A DNA stretch of 64,000 nucleotides from an uncultured archaeon (GCA_964458565.1 CAYWJO010000009.1:21226-85225), one strand, 5' to 3'; shown: positions 30,164 to 40,318, numbered from the stretch's first letter. Program-made: numbers and translations. The notes: generated by a model from the letters alone, not told the origin.

Positions 30164-31078
30164 CTAACTCACCTCTAATCTTCCCCTAATGGGACTTGGT
30201 CCTAGTTTTCGAATTCTTTCAGTGAAATCTTCAACAATCTTGGCGAACTTAATTCCCATTGCTGCTGATGCTGAATCAATATGGACTCTACCACCTAGCC
30301 CTATCTCTTCAAAGAGATCTGACCAGAATTTAACAAAGTCGTATTGCATGAAGTTACCTGCTTTGGGACTGTCACCACCATAATGACACTCATTCAAGAG
30401 ACAACCTGTGACCAATACACCATCAACCCCTTCCTCCATGGCTGTCATTATGTGGATTGGTTCTACTGCTCCACTACACGGGACTCTGATTGTCCTTATG
30501 TTTGTTGGATAATGAAGATGCATCAATCCAGCGAGGTCTGCTGCAGCGTGGGAACATTCCCAGCATACAAAACAAAGTATGAATGGGTCCCAGTCCTTTA
30601 GGTCTTTAATTGGAGGGGGGCTTTCAACCTCGCCAATAATCTCCGGGAGTAAATACCTCTTTTCTAGTTCTAAGCAATCTTCAGGACAGGTATCAATACA
30701 TTTGCTGCAGGCAATACATCTCTCAGCCGACCAGGAAATCGATCCGTATCCCGGAAGGTCTGTAGGAACTGGAATTGCCTGGACATCACCACTAGTTTGC
30801 AATGTCTGGAGTAGTGTAACCAACGCCTCTCTATTTTTAGATCTGAAACCTTCCATTGGCACTGTTACTCTTAGATAGTCAGGTAGTTGCATCGTCATGT
30901 CAAAATCCAATGCTAATGGCTCACAAGCTTCTATACATTTCTTACAAGCACTACATGTCTGAGCCGAATATTTTATTGTTCCAAATCCTTCAACATTTTG
31001 AGGAACTTCAATATCTTTTGTTGGTGTCCTAACTGCAATATGACGTATTTTATTCAAGAGCTTTTCATGCTTTTCCAT
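30164..31078 (-). CDS. mvhD: Ferredoxin-MvhD fusion
   Basis: Two CxxCxxCxxxC motifs then CWECS..AADLAG, RVPCSG, GCLLNECHY. Confidence 0.85.
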   Translation of the reverse strand: MEKHEKLLNKIRHIAVRTPTKDIEVPQNVEGFGTIKYSAQTCSACKKCIEACEPLALDFDMTMQLPDYLRVTVPMEGFRSKNREALVTLLQTLQTSGDVQAIPVPTDLPGYGSISWSAERCIACSKCIDTCPEDCLELEKRYLLPEIIGEVESPPPIKDLKDWDPFILCFVCWECSHAAADLAGLMHLHYPTNIRTIRVPCSGAVEPIHIMTAMEEGVDGVLVTGCLLNECHYGGDSPKAGNFMQYDFVKFWSDLFEEIGLGGRVHIDSASAAMGIKFAKIVEDFTERIRKLGPSPIRGRLEVS

Positions 31079-31079
31079 T

Positions 31080-33026
31080 TTATGACACCTCCTCCTGTAT
31101 CTTGTTTGGTAACGCTGCTATCATGTAAGTGACTTTTACACGGTTTGGGTCTTGTCCAATTTGCTCAAGCATATCTCTCGTTAGTTCAACCACCATGTCA
31201 GAAATTTTGTCACCTGTTTGATGATGACATCCCCCAGATTGGCAATGTGCGACGATGACACGTTCCGCTCCCACTGCGAGGCCTTTCAAAATTTCAATTG
31301 GTGAAACCATTCCTGCGCACGGAAATTGAAGGACATATGATCCTGTAGGATATTCTTTACCCGCGAAGCCTGCTTGGTCGATAGACGCATTTGCACACTC
31401 GCTACAAGCATATACCAGCGTAAAAGGGGTATCCTGTTCGAGTCGCTTGTGCGTTGTACCAATCATTTCAAGACGAGCAAACCAACTATCTTTTCCATGC
31501 GATTGAAACTCGATTGCTCTCGTAGGACAAACTGAAACACAAATTCCACAGAATTCGCAATGAGTTGGAATATGTTGTACTTTATCATCAACCAGACGTA
31601 ATGCGTCATTAGGACAGGCTTCGATACATGCTTTGCATACATCGCAACTTTCCTCATTTATGACTGGTATCCACCCTTTTCGTTCAATCGGAGATCTGAT
31701 AATTTTCAGAGATTCAAAAACCGCATTCTGAGCTGAAGAGATTGCATCATTGAGGCTCATTGGCATTTTCGTGTTTCCGGCTACGAATATTCCGCGACGT
31801 GATGTCTGTACGGGTTTCATCTTACTATATCGTGTTTTGATGAATCCATCAAGATCTAGTTCTAAACCTAGTTTTTCAGCGAGAGTATATGTTCCTTTTC
31901 TCGGTACTATGATTGGCTGAATAGCAATTATGTTAACATCAATTTCTCTGTCAACTCTCTCCAGAGTGTTTTCTATGATGCAATTGAATCCATTGCCAAT
32001 TTCGCTTATTCTTTTGAGAGCACCCCTGATGAAAATCACTCCTGCTTTACGAGCTGACCTATAGAGTTCTTCATCCTCGGTGTAGATGTCTTTGTGAACC
32101 ACAATCACCGTGTGATTCCGTTTGGCTGCTATCCTTGAGACTCTAAGGATATCGCTACCTTCGACCTTCCTATTCATATGTTCTGGATCCAAAGCAATCA
32201 AGATCTTACTATCTTTGAGATTTGCAATAACGTCCGTTAATTCCGATGTCAATATTACTCGTTCTGATTTTCCATAATGAAATTTCTTAGCAATCTTTGG
32301 CTCTTTTCGCTCCGGATTGGAAGCAACGATAATCGCTCCGCATAGGATAATCTCTGGCGTTTCCGTGTCTGTATCAAGTGCTACCCTAAATCTACCAACA
32401 TGTCCTTCAATCCCATTGATGTTGCATTGAATCCGTTTAGCTTTCTTGGTAGTTTTCAATAGCTTGTCGATTTCGGTTTTGAGTATTTCTTCATCTGCCA
32501 TGAATTTACTATATTCCAGATAATTGTCATTTGTCCACTCAGGAGGTTCTATTAGAGTTACACCGATTCCTAGTTTCAGCAAATCCGAGGTGGCCTTTAG
32601 TCCTGCAAGACCGCCTCCTATTACGAGTACATCATTCAGGGTTTCATCTTTCACCTCAGTTTTTTGATTAAAGAAATCTAAATGCGTAGCTGCATCTGAT
32701 AATAGGACAACAGATTTGTTTGTAGCACCATCTGGATTGTCTGAATGTACCCACGCAACGTGCTCTCTTAGAGGCACATATTCTATATACTCGCTTTTCA
32801 AGTGTCGAGAGATTGGAACTTCAATTATCTGTGATGTACAAGCACCTATGACAAGTCTATCCTCTGAATCGATTTCTTGTGCGAGTGATTTGAGCCCCTC
32901 CTCAAGACAAAGTGCATCTACAATTTTTACTTCATCAAAGAGTTCTTCTGTTTCTTTCAATATCTTCTCGAATTGTAGAACCTTGTCTATCGTTTTGTTG
33001 CATGTGCATAGATAGAGCTTCTTCAT
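31080..33026 (-). CDS. hdrA: Degenerate HdrA-ferredoxin-MvhD fusion (QmoB-like)
   Basis: YLCTC, GACT, REHVAWVH, GGGLAG, C-terminal 2x[4Fe-4S], CSECA..DQAG, FPCAG, HCQSGGCHH. Confidence 0.75.
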   Translation of the reverse strand: MKKLYLCTCNKTIDKVLQFEKILKETEELFDEVKIVDALCLEEGLKSLAQEIDSEDRLVIGACTSQIIEVPISRHLKSEYIEYVPLREHVAWVHSDNPDGATNKSVVLLSDAATHLDFFNQKTEVKDETLNDVLVIGGGLAGLKATSDLLKLGIGVTLIEPPEWTNDNYLEYSKFMADEEILKTEIDKLLKTTKKAKRIQCNINGIEGHVGRFRVALDTDTETPEIILCGAIIVASNPERKEPKIAKKFHYGKSERVILTSELTDVIANLKDSKILIALDPEHMNRKVEGSDILRVSRIAAKRNHTVIVVHKDIYTEDEELYRSARKAGVIFIRGALKRISEIGNGFNCIIENTLERVDREIDVNIIAIQPIIVPRKGTYTLAEKLGLELDLDGFIKTRYSKMKPVQTSRRGIFVAGNTKMPMSLNDAISSAQNAVFESLKIIRSPIERKGWIPVINEESCDVCKACIEACPNDALRLVDDKVQHIPTHCEFCGICVSVCPTRAIEFQSHGKDSWFARLEMIGTTHKRLEQDTPFTLVYACSECANASIDQAGFAGKEYPTGSYVLQFPCAGMVSPIEILKGLAVGAERVIVAHCQSGGCHHQTGDKISDMVVELTRDMLEQIGQDPNRVKVTYMIAALPNKIQEEVS

Positions 33027-34292
33027 TTAGTTCCCTCCCTCTAAATCAGTATATACTTGAAGCGCAATAGAATTCGCTTCTGCTATACTTGTTGGTATAT
33101 CCATTGGTCCTGTTGCGGTACCACATGCGTAAATCTTCCCCCTTTCACTTGTTTGATTACTAAATCCATTTTGACCATAGTATCTTTTCAATGCATCATT
33201 TTGAGGTCCAAGAGATTCCAGCGCCGACGCGAGAGCGACTATATCTGATTCTATCTCGATAAGTGATTGTGATTGAGTATCTTCAACTACAACCACGGGA
33301 TGGTCATTTTGTATTCTAATCCTATCTGGTTTTCCTCTCACAAACTTAACTCCCATCTCCTGCGCTCTATGAAGATATTGTCTACTTGAATGAGGAACTC
33401 GTAGGTCCATAAAACAGGCAGTGACCTCAATTCCTTTTTGTCTCAACAAGATTGCATGCTTCAGACTATAGGTGCAACATGCTTGAGAGCAGTACTCCAT
33501 CGCGTTAAGGTCTCGACTACCTGCACACATTATCATAGTCACATGCTTTGCCTCCTTTCCAGTAGCAGTAACTATTTTGCCACTTGTTGTACCAGTGGGA
33601 TCAATTAACCGTGCCAGCTCTCTCTGTGTCATGACATCCTCTGAACTAGAATAGACATAACCTGGTAGATCAGATGGATTTCGTTCATCTACACCCGTGG
33701 CCAATACAATTGCATCAGCTTTGATTGTTTTCGATTTTGATTTCTGTTCAAGGTCTATTGCATTAACTCCGCACACCTCAATACACTTTCCGCATTTCGT
33801 ACAATTCTCTATGTCAACGACGGGAGCTAAGGGTACACCTTGAGGTATTGGTCTGTAGATTGCTTTTCGCTTTCCATTGCGAATGCCATATTCATCCTGT
33901 ACTTCTACTTCACAGACCTTTATACATTCAAGACATACAACACATCTATCTAAGAGAACATATCGAGGATGAATGAAGAACGAAACCGCAAACAAACCGC
34001 CTTCCTCTGAAATCGAGGTAATCTCTGACTGTGTATATAAGTGGAGATCTTTCTTCTCTGTCAATAAACTTCTGTATTGACATCTGCGATGGTGCCCGTC
34101 GAATATTTCTGTACAAGCATCAAGACATAATGCACAATCATCTGTTGGAAATACTCGACCAAGGTAAGTTGAGAGTCCTCCGACAATAGGTTTAGATTCA
34201 ATCAGATGAACTGTAATTCCAAGATCTGTAAGTTGTTGAGCTACTTGAATTCCTGCAACACCTGCACCTATTACTACCACTGTTTTTGCCAT
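33027..34292 (-). CDS. hdrA: Short HdrA-like flavoprotein (QmoA-like size) lacking the N-terminal Fe-S domain
   Basis: GAGVAG at N-terminus, FPTDDCALC, two ferredoxin motifs, CAGSRD..YCSQACC. Confidence 0.8.
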   Translation of the reverse strand: MAKTVVVIGAGVAGIQVAQQLTDLGITVHLIESKPIVGGLSTYLGRVFPTDDCALCLDACTEIFDGHHRRCQYRSLLTEKKDLHLYTQSEITSISEEGGLFAVSFFIHPRYVLLDRCVVCLECIKVCEVEVQDEYGIRNGKRKAIYRPIPQGVPLAPVVDIENCTKCGKCIEVCGVNAIDLEQKSKSKTIKADAIVLATGVDERNPSDLPGYVYSSSEDVMTQRELARLIDPTGTTSGKIVTATGKEAKHVTMIMCAGSRDLNAMEYCSQACCTYSLKHAILLRQKGIEVTACFMDLRVPHSSRQYLHRAQEMGVKFVRGKPDRIRIQNDHPVVVVEDTQSQSLIEIESDIVALASALESLGPQNDALKRYYGQNGFSNQTSERGKIYACGTATGPMDIPTSIAEANSIALQVYTDLEGGN

Positions 34293-35231
34293 TTACTCCC
34301 CTCCCTTCAATTTTTCTAATAATGAATCTAACTTGACTCGATGATACCTCTTTGCATTATCAACTACGAGTTCTTCCATTCCCATGGCAAGACCAAGCAT
34401 CTCTCCCAATGCTAATACAGGAATACTGTATTCTGAGTCGAATAATTCTGTAGCTTTCCTCTGCTGCATTTCCATTTGAGTATAACATGTAGGGCAGATC
34501 ATGACAATAGCATCTGCTCCAGCAGCTCTGATTTTTTGAAGTTTCTTTGCTGTAAGTTTGAAGGCTTTCTCTTCATCAGAAGGACCAATGGGGGCACCAC
34601 AACATGACATCTTGTCTTCATAATTCACTAAGGTTGCTCCTGTGGCCTCTATTAAATCATCGAACCACATTGGATTCTCCGCATCATCCATATTGCTAGC
34701 TTCAAGTGGGCGAACCAGGTGACAACCATAATGAGGTGCAATCTTTATTCCAGTTAAAGGCCTGGTAACTTTGCTGCGGACCTGTTCGAGACCTACATCC
34801 TCATGAAGAACGTGAAGTATGTTTTTTACTGTGAGACTACCAGTAACCTCCATACCTGCTTTCTTAAGACGTTTATTTACTCTTTCTTTAACTTCAGGGT
34901 CTTCATGTAATAGGTGATTAACCAAAGCGAGAGTATGGAAACATCCGCTGCAGAGAGCTACTGTGTCATGTCCTGTACTCTCACTTACTGCAATGTTTCT
35001 GGCAGCAACTGTGACCCAAGCTTCAAAGTCAACACCTGTGAAGGTTGTGGGTTCTGGGCAGCAAGAATGATTCTCGTTGGCCTCCAATTCGATGTTGAAT
35101 AATTTGAGAACCTCTCGAGATGTCAATTCAAAATGAGGTAGTCTATAGGGAATCATGCATCCCGGAAAGTATGTATATGTCTGCTTTTTACTCAACAGTT
35201 TCTCCTCCATACTTTGATACAACTTTCTCAA
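34293..35231 (-). CDS. hdrB: Heterodisulfide reductase subunit B, second copy
   Basis: FPGC, SCCP, LCSGC, HYGCH, SCCG, ICPTC. Confidence 0.92.
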   Translation of the reverse strand: MRKLYQSMEEKLLSKKQTYTYFPGCMIPYRLPHFELTSREVLKLFNIELEANENHSCCPEPTTFTGVDFEAWVTVAARNIAVSESTGHDTVALCSGCFHTLALVNHLLHEDPEVKERVNKRLKKAGMEVTGSLTVKNILHVLHEDVGLEQVRSKVTRPLTGIKIAPHYGCHLVRPLEASNMDDAENPMWFDDLIEATGATLVNYEDKMSCCGAPIGPSDEEKAFKLTAKKLQKIRAAGADAIVMICPTCYTQMEMQQRKATELFDSEYSIPVLALGEMLGLAMGMEELVVDNAKRYHRVKLDSLLEKLKGGE

Positions 35232-35727
35232 GTCTCTCTTGGAGTCCCAAGTCCTCTAGCACTTTCGCGAGTTGTTCCATTGGTGGTGAACCTAAATCAG
35301 GAAGTCCCATCTTCTCTCTTGTCTTGATCATGGGAGTGCTTACCTCAATCGTGCGCCCCTGTGTTAGGATGGCGTGTGCTCTATCGAGGGCAGTTTGAGG
35401 AGTGTTACCTTCTGCGAGTCCTCTGACTTTTGCAAGAATCAACAACTGAGGTATTTTTACATGCTCAGGACACCTGACCTCGCATTGCTCACAGGTCAAA
35501 CAGGTCCATACTAACTGATCCACTGTTAAGGATTCATCGGCAAGAAGAATCTGTTCTAAGAATTTTCGAGGATTGAATTTCTCATCTATCTCTGCTACTG
35601 GACATGCCCCTGTACATCTTCCACACTGATAGCAATTCAATAGAGTTCTTCCTTCTGGCTGGTGGAGTACCCAATCACGAAAAACTAGGTCGGATACTAT
35701 TTTTGTCGTAACCATTCCTGAATCCAT
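35188..35727 (-). CDS. hdrC: Heterodisulfide reductase subunit C, second copy
   Basis: CYQCGRCTGACP, WTCLTCEQCEVRCP. Confidence 0.92.
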   Translation of the reverse strand: MDSGMVTTKIVSDLVFRDWVLHQPEGRTLLNCYQCGRCTGACPVAEIDEKFNPRKFLEQILLADESLTVDQLVWTCLTCEQCEVRCPEHVKIPQLLILAKVRGLAEGNTPQTALDRAHAILTQGRTIEVSTPMIKTREKMGLPDLGSPPMEQLAKVLEDLGLQERLEKVVSKYGGETVE

Positions 35728-35931
35728 CCAATGTTGGTGCCGTAGTCTTTACATGTCATTTTTCCCGCGAAAATTACTACGGAAACTTACTGTTCGCAGG
35801 AAATCCCTGTAATTAAGCTTTAGAAAATTACATACCCGATATAAACTTCGAGTTTCCAACTACTATTTTTCTCTGAAAAACATATCCTTATTCGTGGCTC
35901 TTAGATATTAACAAGAACTGAGGTTTTCGTT

Positions 35932-36117
35932 TTGGAATTGAAATGTAATAGCTGTGATGGAAATATATGGAACGTCACGATTTTCGAAATCAAGATTTTA
36001 GGACAAAATGTAATTTACAGTACCATCAAATGTGATGGCTGTGGAATGGTCTATCCCCTCGCCCAATTGGGAAAGAACCAGTCCAGAGGATCTGTCATGG
36101 AAATGCTAAGGGGATAA
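35932..36117 (+). CDS. Small CxxC...CxxC zinc-finger protein
   Basis: CNSC...CDGC; GAGG RBS before TTG. Confidence 0.6.
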   Translation: MELKCNSCDGNIWNVTIFEIKILGQNVIYSTIKCDGCGMVYPLAQLGKNQSRGSVMEMLRG

Positions 36118-36154
36118 AACAAGGTCTTGTTATTTTCACTGCTTAGGGAGTCAT

Positions 36155-36185
36155 ATTTATATAGTGTGCAAGTACTTACTTACAT
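36155..36185 (+). promoter_or_regulatory. TATA box and imperfect palindrome (possible TetR auto-operator)
   Basis: TTTATATA about 25 nt upstream of ATG 36186; AAGTACTT palindrome core within GCAAGTACTTACTTACA. Confidence 0.35.
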
Positions 36186-36803
36186 ATGGCAGTTGAGGAA
36201 ATAATAAAGAAGACAGCGAAGCAACGCCTCATTATTGCAGCAACGAATCTTCTTGTAAAACATGGTGCTCAGGCCACAACAACAAGACAGATTGCAGAGG
36301 ATGCAGATGTTAATGAGGTAACCCTCTTTCGGAACTTCAAATCCAAGGAGAATCTTCTTGATGAGGTCATCTGCAATGTTGAGAAAAATGCTCTAGCGCT
36401 CCTCGATACCATACTTGATCTAGAACAGAATGTTGATGTAAAGACATTTCTACGCCTTATAGGTCAGAAACTGAATAAATTTTCCAGAGATAAAAGAGAT
36501 CTATGGATGCTGCAATATACTGTAGGTCTTCGAGACCGGTCTGTTGCTAAAACCCTCTCCTCCATTCCACAAAAAGTTCTGGCCTATCTCTCTGAATATT
36601 TTCAGGAGCAAATGAATAAGGGAACAATTCGTTCTCTTGATCCTAGAAGCACTGCTCTAATCTTCATGAGCTATATTTCATACAGCCATCTAGCAGAGCA
36701 ACTACTCAACAGCGGTTTCATCATAGATCGCGAATCTTCGTTTGAAAACTTTCTCGATGTCATAACCAGGGGAATCCTCGCACCGGATGGATCAAAGTAC
36801 TAA
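36186..36803 (+). CDS. TetR/AcrR family transcriptional regulator
   Basis: ATTTRQIAEDADVNEVTLFRNFKSKENLL HTH. Confidence 0.92.
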   Translation: MAVEEIIKKTAKQRLIIAATNLLVKHGAQATTTRQIAEDADVNEVTLFRNFKSKENLLDEVICNVEKNALALLDTILDLEQNVDVKTFLRLIGQKLNKFSRDKRDLWMLQYTVGLRDRSVAKTLSSIPQKVLAYLSEYFQEQMNKGTIRSLDPRSTALIFMSYISYSHLAEQLLNSGFIIDRESSFENFLDVITRGILAPDGSKY

Positions 36804-36836
36804 GTGGATTTTGATTCTTGGATTCCCCACAATCTC

Positions 36837-37991
36837 TCATAGTGGTCTAGTCAGCACGAATTTTCTCATCTCATCCGATATCCTAACGCCTTCAACTGAC
36901 GCATCAACTGACACACTCAAATCAAGATTCACTTGCTTGAAGGATTTCTTCAGATTTTCATAAGCATTTAGATCAACTTCGAATTCCAGATTGAGTGCCT
37001 TGAGAATTCCGTATCCAAAACTTGTGATCCACAATGGGGTTAGGTCAATAGAACCACTATCATTATCGTAAAGGCTGGTTTCTTCAAATTCCATTTCTCT
37101 GCGCCTAAGGATTTTTGGTATTAGTCTTGCAGCATGGGTTCGCTTCATTTTTTCAATATCAAAGAAAGCTGTGAATCCTCTTCCTTCTACTTGTTGTTCA
37201 ACTAATATCACAATTTGCTCGTAGATATCATTAACAAAAGATTCCAAACCTTGGTTAGTGGAAGCATGCTTCACTATCTCAAAAAGTGGATGATCAAGTC
37301 CAGCAAATTCCGGCATTCCTAATACTCTAAGTATATGAAACTGTCTTTCCATAAGACGAGTCTGAGTATCAAGCATTCGTAGTAGTATTTTTTGCAGCTC
37401 TGAACAGTCTCCGGATTCAACTAAAGAATTGATCACCTCTGCTGCTGAAGAAATACTCTCCTTGAAAAGTTCAATCTTACTTCTCACCATTTTTGCACCG
37501 TAGTGCTGTAGAAGATGATCTGCGATAATTTGAACGTCTGGTCCAAACGTAAGGTAGCCAAGTTGTGAGCAGAGTGCTAATGGTGTGATATCTAGTTGCT
37601 GAAACCCATTACCTCGAAGTATCAATCCTTTGAGCTTTTTGAAACCAACCAGAGGTCTGAGATCGATATCTGTAATTCCATTTGATGCAAGATTCAAATA
37701 TTCTAATTGCTTCAGTTCTCGAAGGGGCTGGAGATCAATAAAACGCAATCGATTTCCACTCAAGTCGATTCGTGTTATTTGAAAACATTCCTGAAGTGGT
37801 TGTAGGTTTATTGAATCAAGAGTACATGATTTTAGCGAAATCTCACTGAGTTGTTTACATTGTCTAAGCGGTTCCAATTCGATGGTTTCTATTGGTCGAT
37901 AATCTAAAATTATTCTTTTAGTGTTGGTATGTAGTGGTACTGATTTGATATGTCCGCCTTTTGTTTTATAGTAAAGATCATTTCCACCCAA
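36837..37991 (-). CDS. Leucine-rich-repeat protein
   Basis: Repeats I.L.PL..C..L..L.L..N (about 5 copies) followed by a helical C-terminal domain. Confidence 0.85.
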   Translation of the reverse strand: MGGNDLYYKTKGGHIKSVPLHTNTKRIILDYRPIETIELEPLRQCKQLSEISLKSCTLDSINLQPLQECFQITRIDLSGNRLRFIDLQPLRELKQLEYLNLASNGITDIDLRPLVGFKKLKGLILRGNGFQQLDITPLALCSQLGYLTFGPDVQIIADHLLQHYGAKMVRSKIELFKESISSAAEVINSLVESGDCSELQKILLRMLDTQTRLMERQFHILRVLGMPEFAGLDHPLFEIVKHASTNQGLESFVNDIYEQIVILVEQQVEGRGFTAFFDIEKMKRTHAARLIPKILRRREMEFEETSLYDNDSGSIDLTPLWITSFGYGILKALNLEFEVDLNAYENLKKSFKQVNLDLSVSVDASVEGVRISDEMRKFVLTRPL

Positions 37992-38076
37992 AGAGAGAAT
38001 CAGCTCCTATTTTTGATATGTCCTCCTAGATTAATATCTAATCCTTTCAGATATCTATTAAAAAAAGAGAAAACAA

Positions 38077-38094
38077 GGCGTCTGAGAAGACGCC
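38077..38094 (-). terminator. Stem-loop 3' of mat
   Basis: GGCGTCT-GAGA-AGACGCC then TTGTTTTCTCTTTTTTT on the minus strand. Confidence 0.7.
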
Positions 38095-38108
38095 ATGATT
38101 TGTATACT

Positions 38109-39308
38109 CTACCAGAGCTGATATTCTCGTTTGACAAAGCCTTGCCAAAGAGTTGGTAATTTTCCGATGACTTCTTCAACAATACTCTCAACCGAACTCA
38201 TGACTTTGTCTAAATCGCAATCACCAAATAGTTCAACATTTACTGCCTTTGGTTCAGTAATTGGCGCACCAATCTGACTTACAAGGTAGCAATACACTTG
38301 TTCAAGATCTGGATGCTCCTTAACAACACGTTCAGTAATTTCACGTGCTGCAACATTGTAGGTCTTTCCTACGTGAGAAACAGGATTCTTACCACCTGCA
38401 GCTTCTAGTGTCATTGGACGATAAGGTGTAATGAGACCATTAGCACGGTTGCCTCGTCCTACCTGCCCATCATCTCCATGTTCAGCTGAAGTGCCGGTTA
38501 CTGTAAGATAATACAGTCCTCGAGCTGGTTCATCTGCTGTGTTCACGCTCACTTTCGTATCGAGTTCTGTGAGTCTGGCTGAGAGATCACCGATGATTTG
38601 TTCGATATCAGTCATAACGCTCTGATATTCCTCTGCATCCTTAGTTTCAGTTGAAATTATAGCGGCTGCTATCTGAATGTGAAGTTCATCATTTACTCTC
38701 GTGCCCATGACTTTGATATCCTCACCTATCTGAGGCAGCTGCCTCTTTATGCGCTCACTGTTCAGAAGGTACTCAGATTCTAAGACAACCTGCTCAGTCG
38801 GGCTCAATGGTGCATATCCTACTCCGAAGCTAGTATCATTCGCTCGGGGGATACCTGTTTCAACATCAAAGTTGCCAACCAGATCAGTACTGCCTGCACG
38901 GATTTTATAATCAATAATGATATCCGAGTTAACATCAAGATGTGGTAGGTCCTTGTGTAGCCATTCCCTTGTGTGCTCTACTGCAAACTTACCAACTGGA
39001 ACCTGCCTTTCATAGTCTTTGTCTACAACATCAACAGCACGTCCGCTGAGTAGAAGATAGATGGGTTCGATAACATCACCGCCCCCGAATCGAGAATTTG
39101 ATTGACCTCCGACGAGAAGTACTTTGTCAACATTATGATGTTGAACTCTACCAAATGTCTCTAGATAAAATTCACTCAAACGTACAGACAATTCCTCTGC
39201 TGCTTTGTCACAAAGCGTGTCTGGGTGGCCCTTGCCTTTTCGCTCTACGATTTCCATGCTTCTCTTTGCTAAGGCTGGACCTTCGCCTCGTGTAACTTGT
39301 ATATTCAT
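38109..39308 (-). CDS. mat: Archaeal-type S-adenosylmethionine synthetase
   Basis: EIVERKGKGHPD, ANDTS, GEDIKVMG, TGTSAEHGDDGQVGRGNR, GKNPVSHVGK. Confidence 0.95.
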   Translation of the reverse strand: MNIQVTRGEGPALAKRSMEIVERKGKGHPDTLCDKAAEELSVRLSEFYLETFGRVQHHNVDKVLLVGGQSNSRFGGGDVIEPIYLLLSGRAVDVVDKDYERQVPVGKFAVEHTREWLHKDLPHLDVNSDIIIDYKIRAGSTDLVGNFDVETGIPRANDTSFGVGYAPLSPTEQVVLESEYLLNSERIKRQLPQIGEDIKVMGTRVNDELHIQIAAAIISTETKDAEEYQSVMTDIEQIIGDLSARLTELDTKVSVNTADEPARGLYYLTVTGTSAEHGDDGQVGRGNRANGLITPYRPMTLEAAGGKNPVSHVGKTYNVAAREITERVVKEHPDLEQVYCYLVSQIGAPITEPKAVNVELFGDCDLDKVMSSVESIVEEVIGKLPTLWQGFVKREYQLW

Positions 39309-39356
39309 AATTAATCATCTCTTAGACACAATCCCCAAGTAGAATAGTATATATGG

Positions 39357-39860
39357 ATTGCTGATCTCATTGGGAAAACACAATCCTACATTGCCAGATT
39401 GGAGAGAGGTTCATTAAATCCTCCATTGTCAGTTGTTACAACAATTCTGGAAGCCACTAAAGGATGGAGTTCAAAAACATGTGGCGAGATAATGTCGAGA
39501 GACCCTGATACCATAGATGCGAGAAGTTCAGTAATGCAAGCGGTTGAGAAGATGAAAGCTGGTGATTTTTCACAATTACCTGTCGTTCGAACAGGTCGAA
39601 TATTAGGAGTGATTACCATCAAGGATGTGTTCAACAATCTTGAATTAGACTTGGAGGAAGTCTCTGTAGAAACCATCATGAGTTCAGTAGGAGCTCCGAT
39701 GGTGGATGAGAATACACTCATTACATCAATCATCCAACTTTTTAGAGATAGCCCTGCAGTCTTGGTTCAAAGGCAAGGTCGCCTTACAGGAATTATCACT
39801 AAATCTGATTTACCAAAGATTGGTGTTTTGAATCTAATCGAGATGGAGCTTGCACCATGA
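39357..39860 (+). pseudogene. HTH-CBS-pair regulator with truncated N-terminus
   Basis: Frame extends upstream of 39399 as IADLIGKTQSYIARLERG (XRE recognition helix) to TAG 39345 with no canonical start before it; CBS pair intact. Confidence 0.6.
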
Positions 39861-40318
39861 CCTCAAATTGATTGGAGTATATTATTCCGGGATTAACCTA
39901 TCCCTGAAGAGTTCTGATCGTATCTTTATTTTGGAGTTGTGATAATCCAAACTTAGACACGCTAAGTATTTTGAAGATATGACAACACTCGACACATCTC
40001 TTGGTCAGGTGTTAAAGGCACTTGGTATAAGAGGTTTTAATGATGTTCAAAAAACCGCATCAAAAAACGAACTAATGCACCGGCAAAGGCTGCAAATGTC
40101 CTGATGCCTTTGTTTACAGGCGATATTGTTGGATTGGCGACAGGTGGAATCGGCATGCTCCGTTTTGCTTCTGGTAGAGTAAGGAGTGTTGACACCTCTG
40201 GTCTGAAATGACTGAATAGAATAACGATACCTCCTTGATGGAAAATGGAATAAAAATCGTTCAAATGCAGTAGGAGAATGAGTTATAAACCGTAGAAAGA
40301 AGGTATAATCGGAGTATC

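Noticed and set aside
26744-34292. Selenocysteine in HdrA/MvhD
   Set aside because: The positions that carry Sec in some archaea are Cys here (DCSMC, CWECS, ECHY) and the ORFs are uninterrupted
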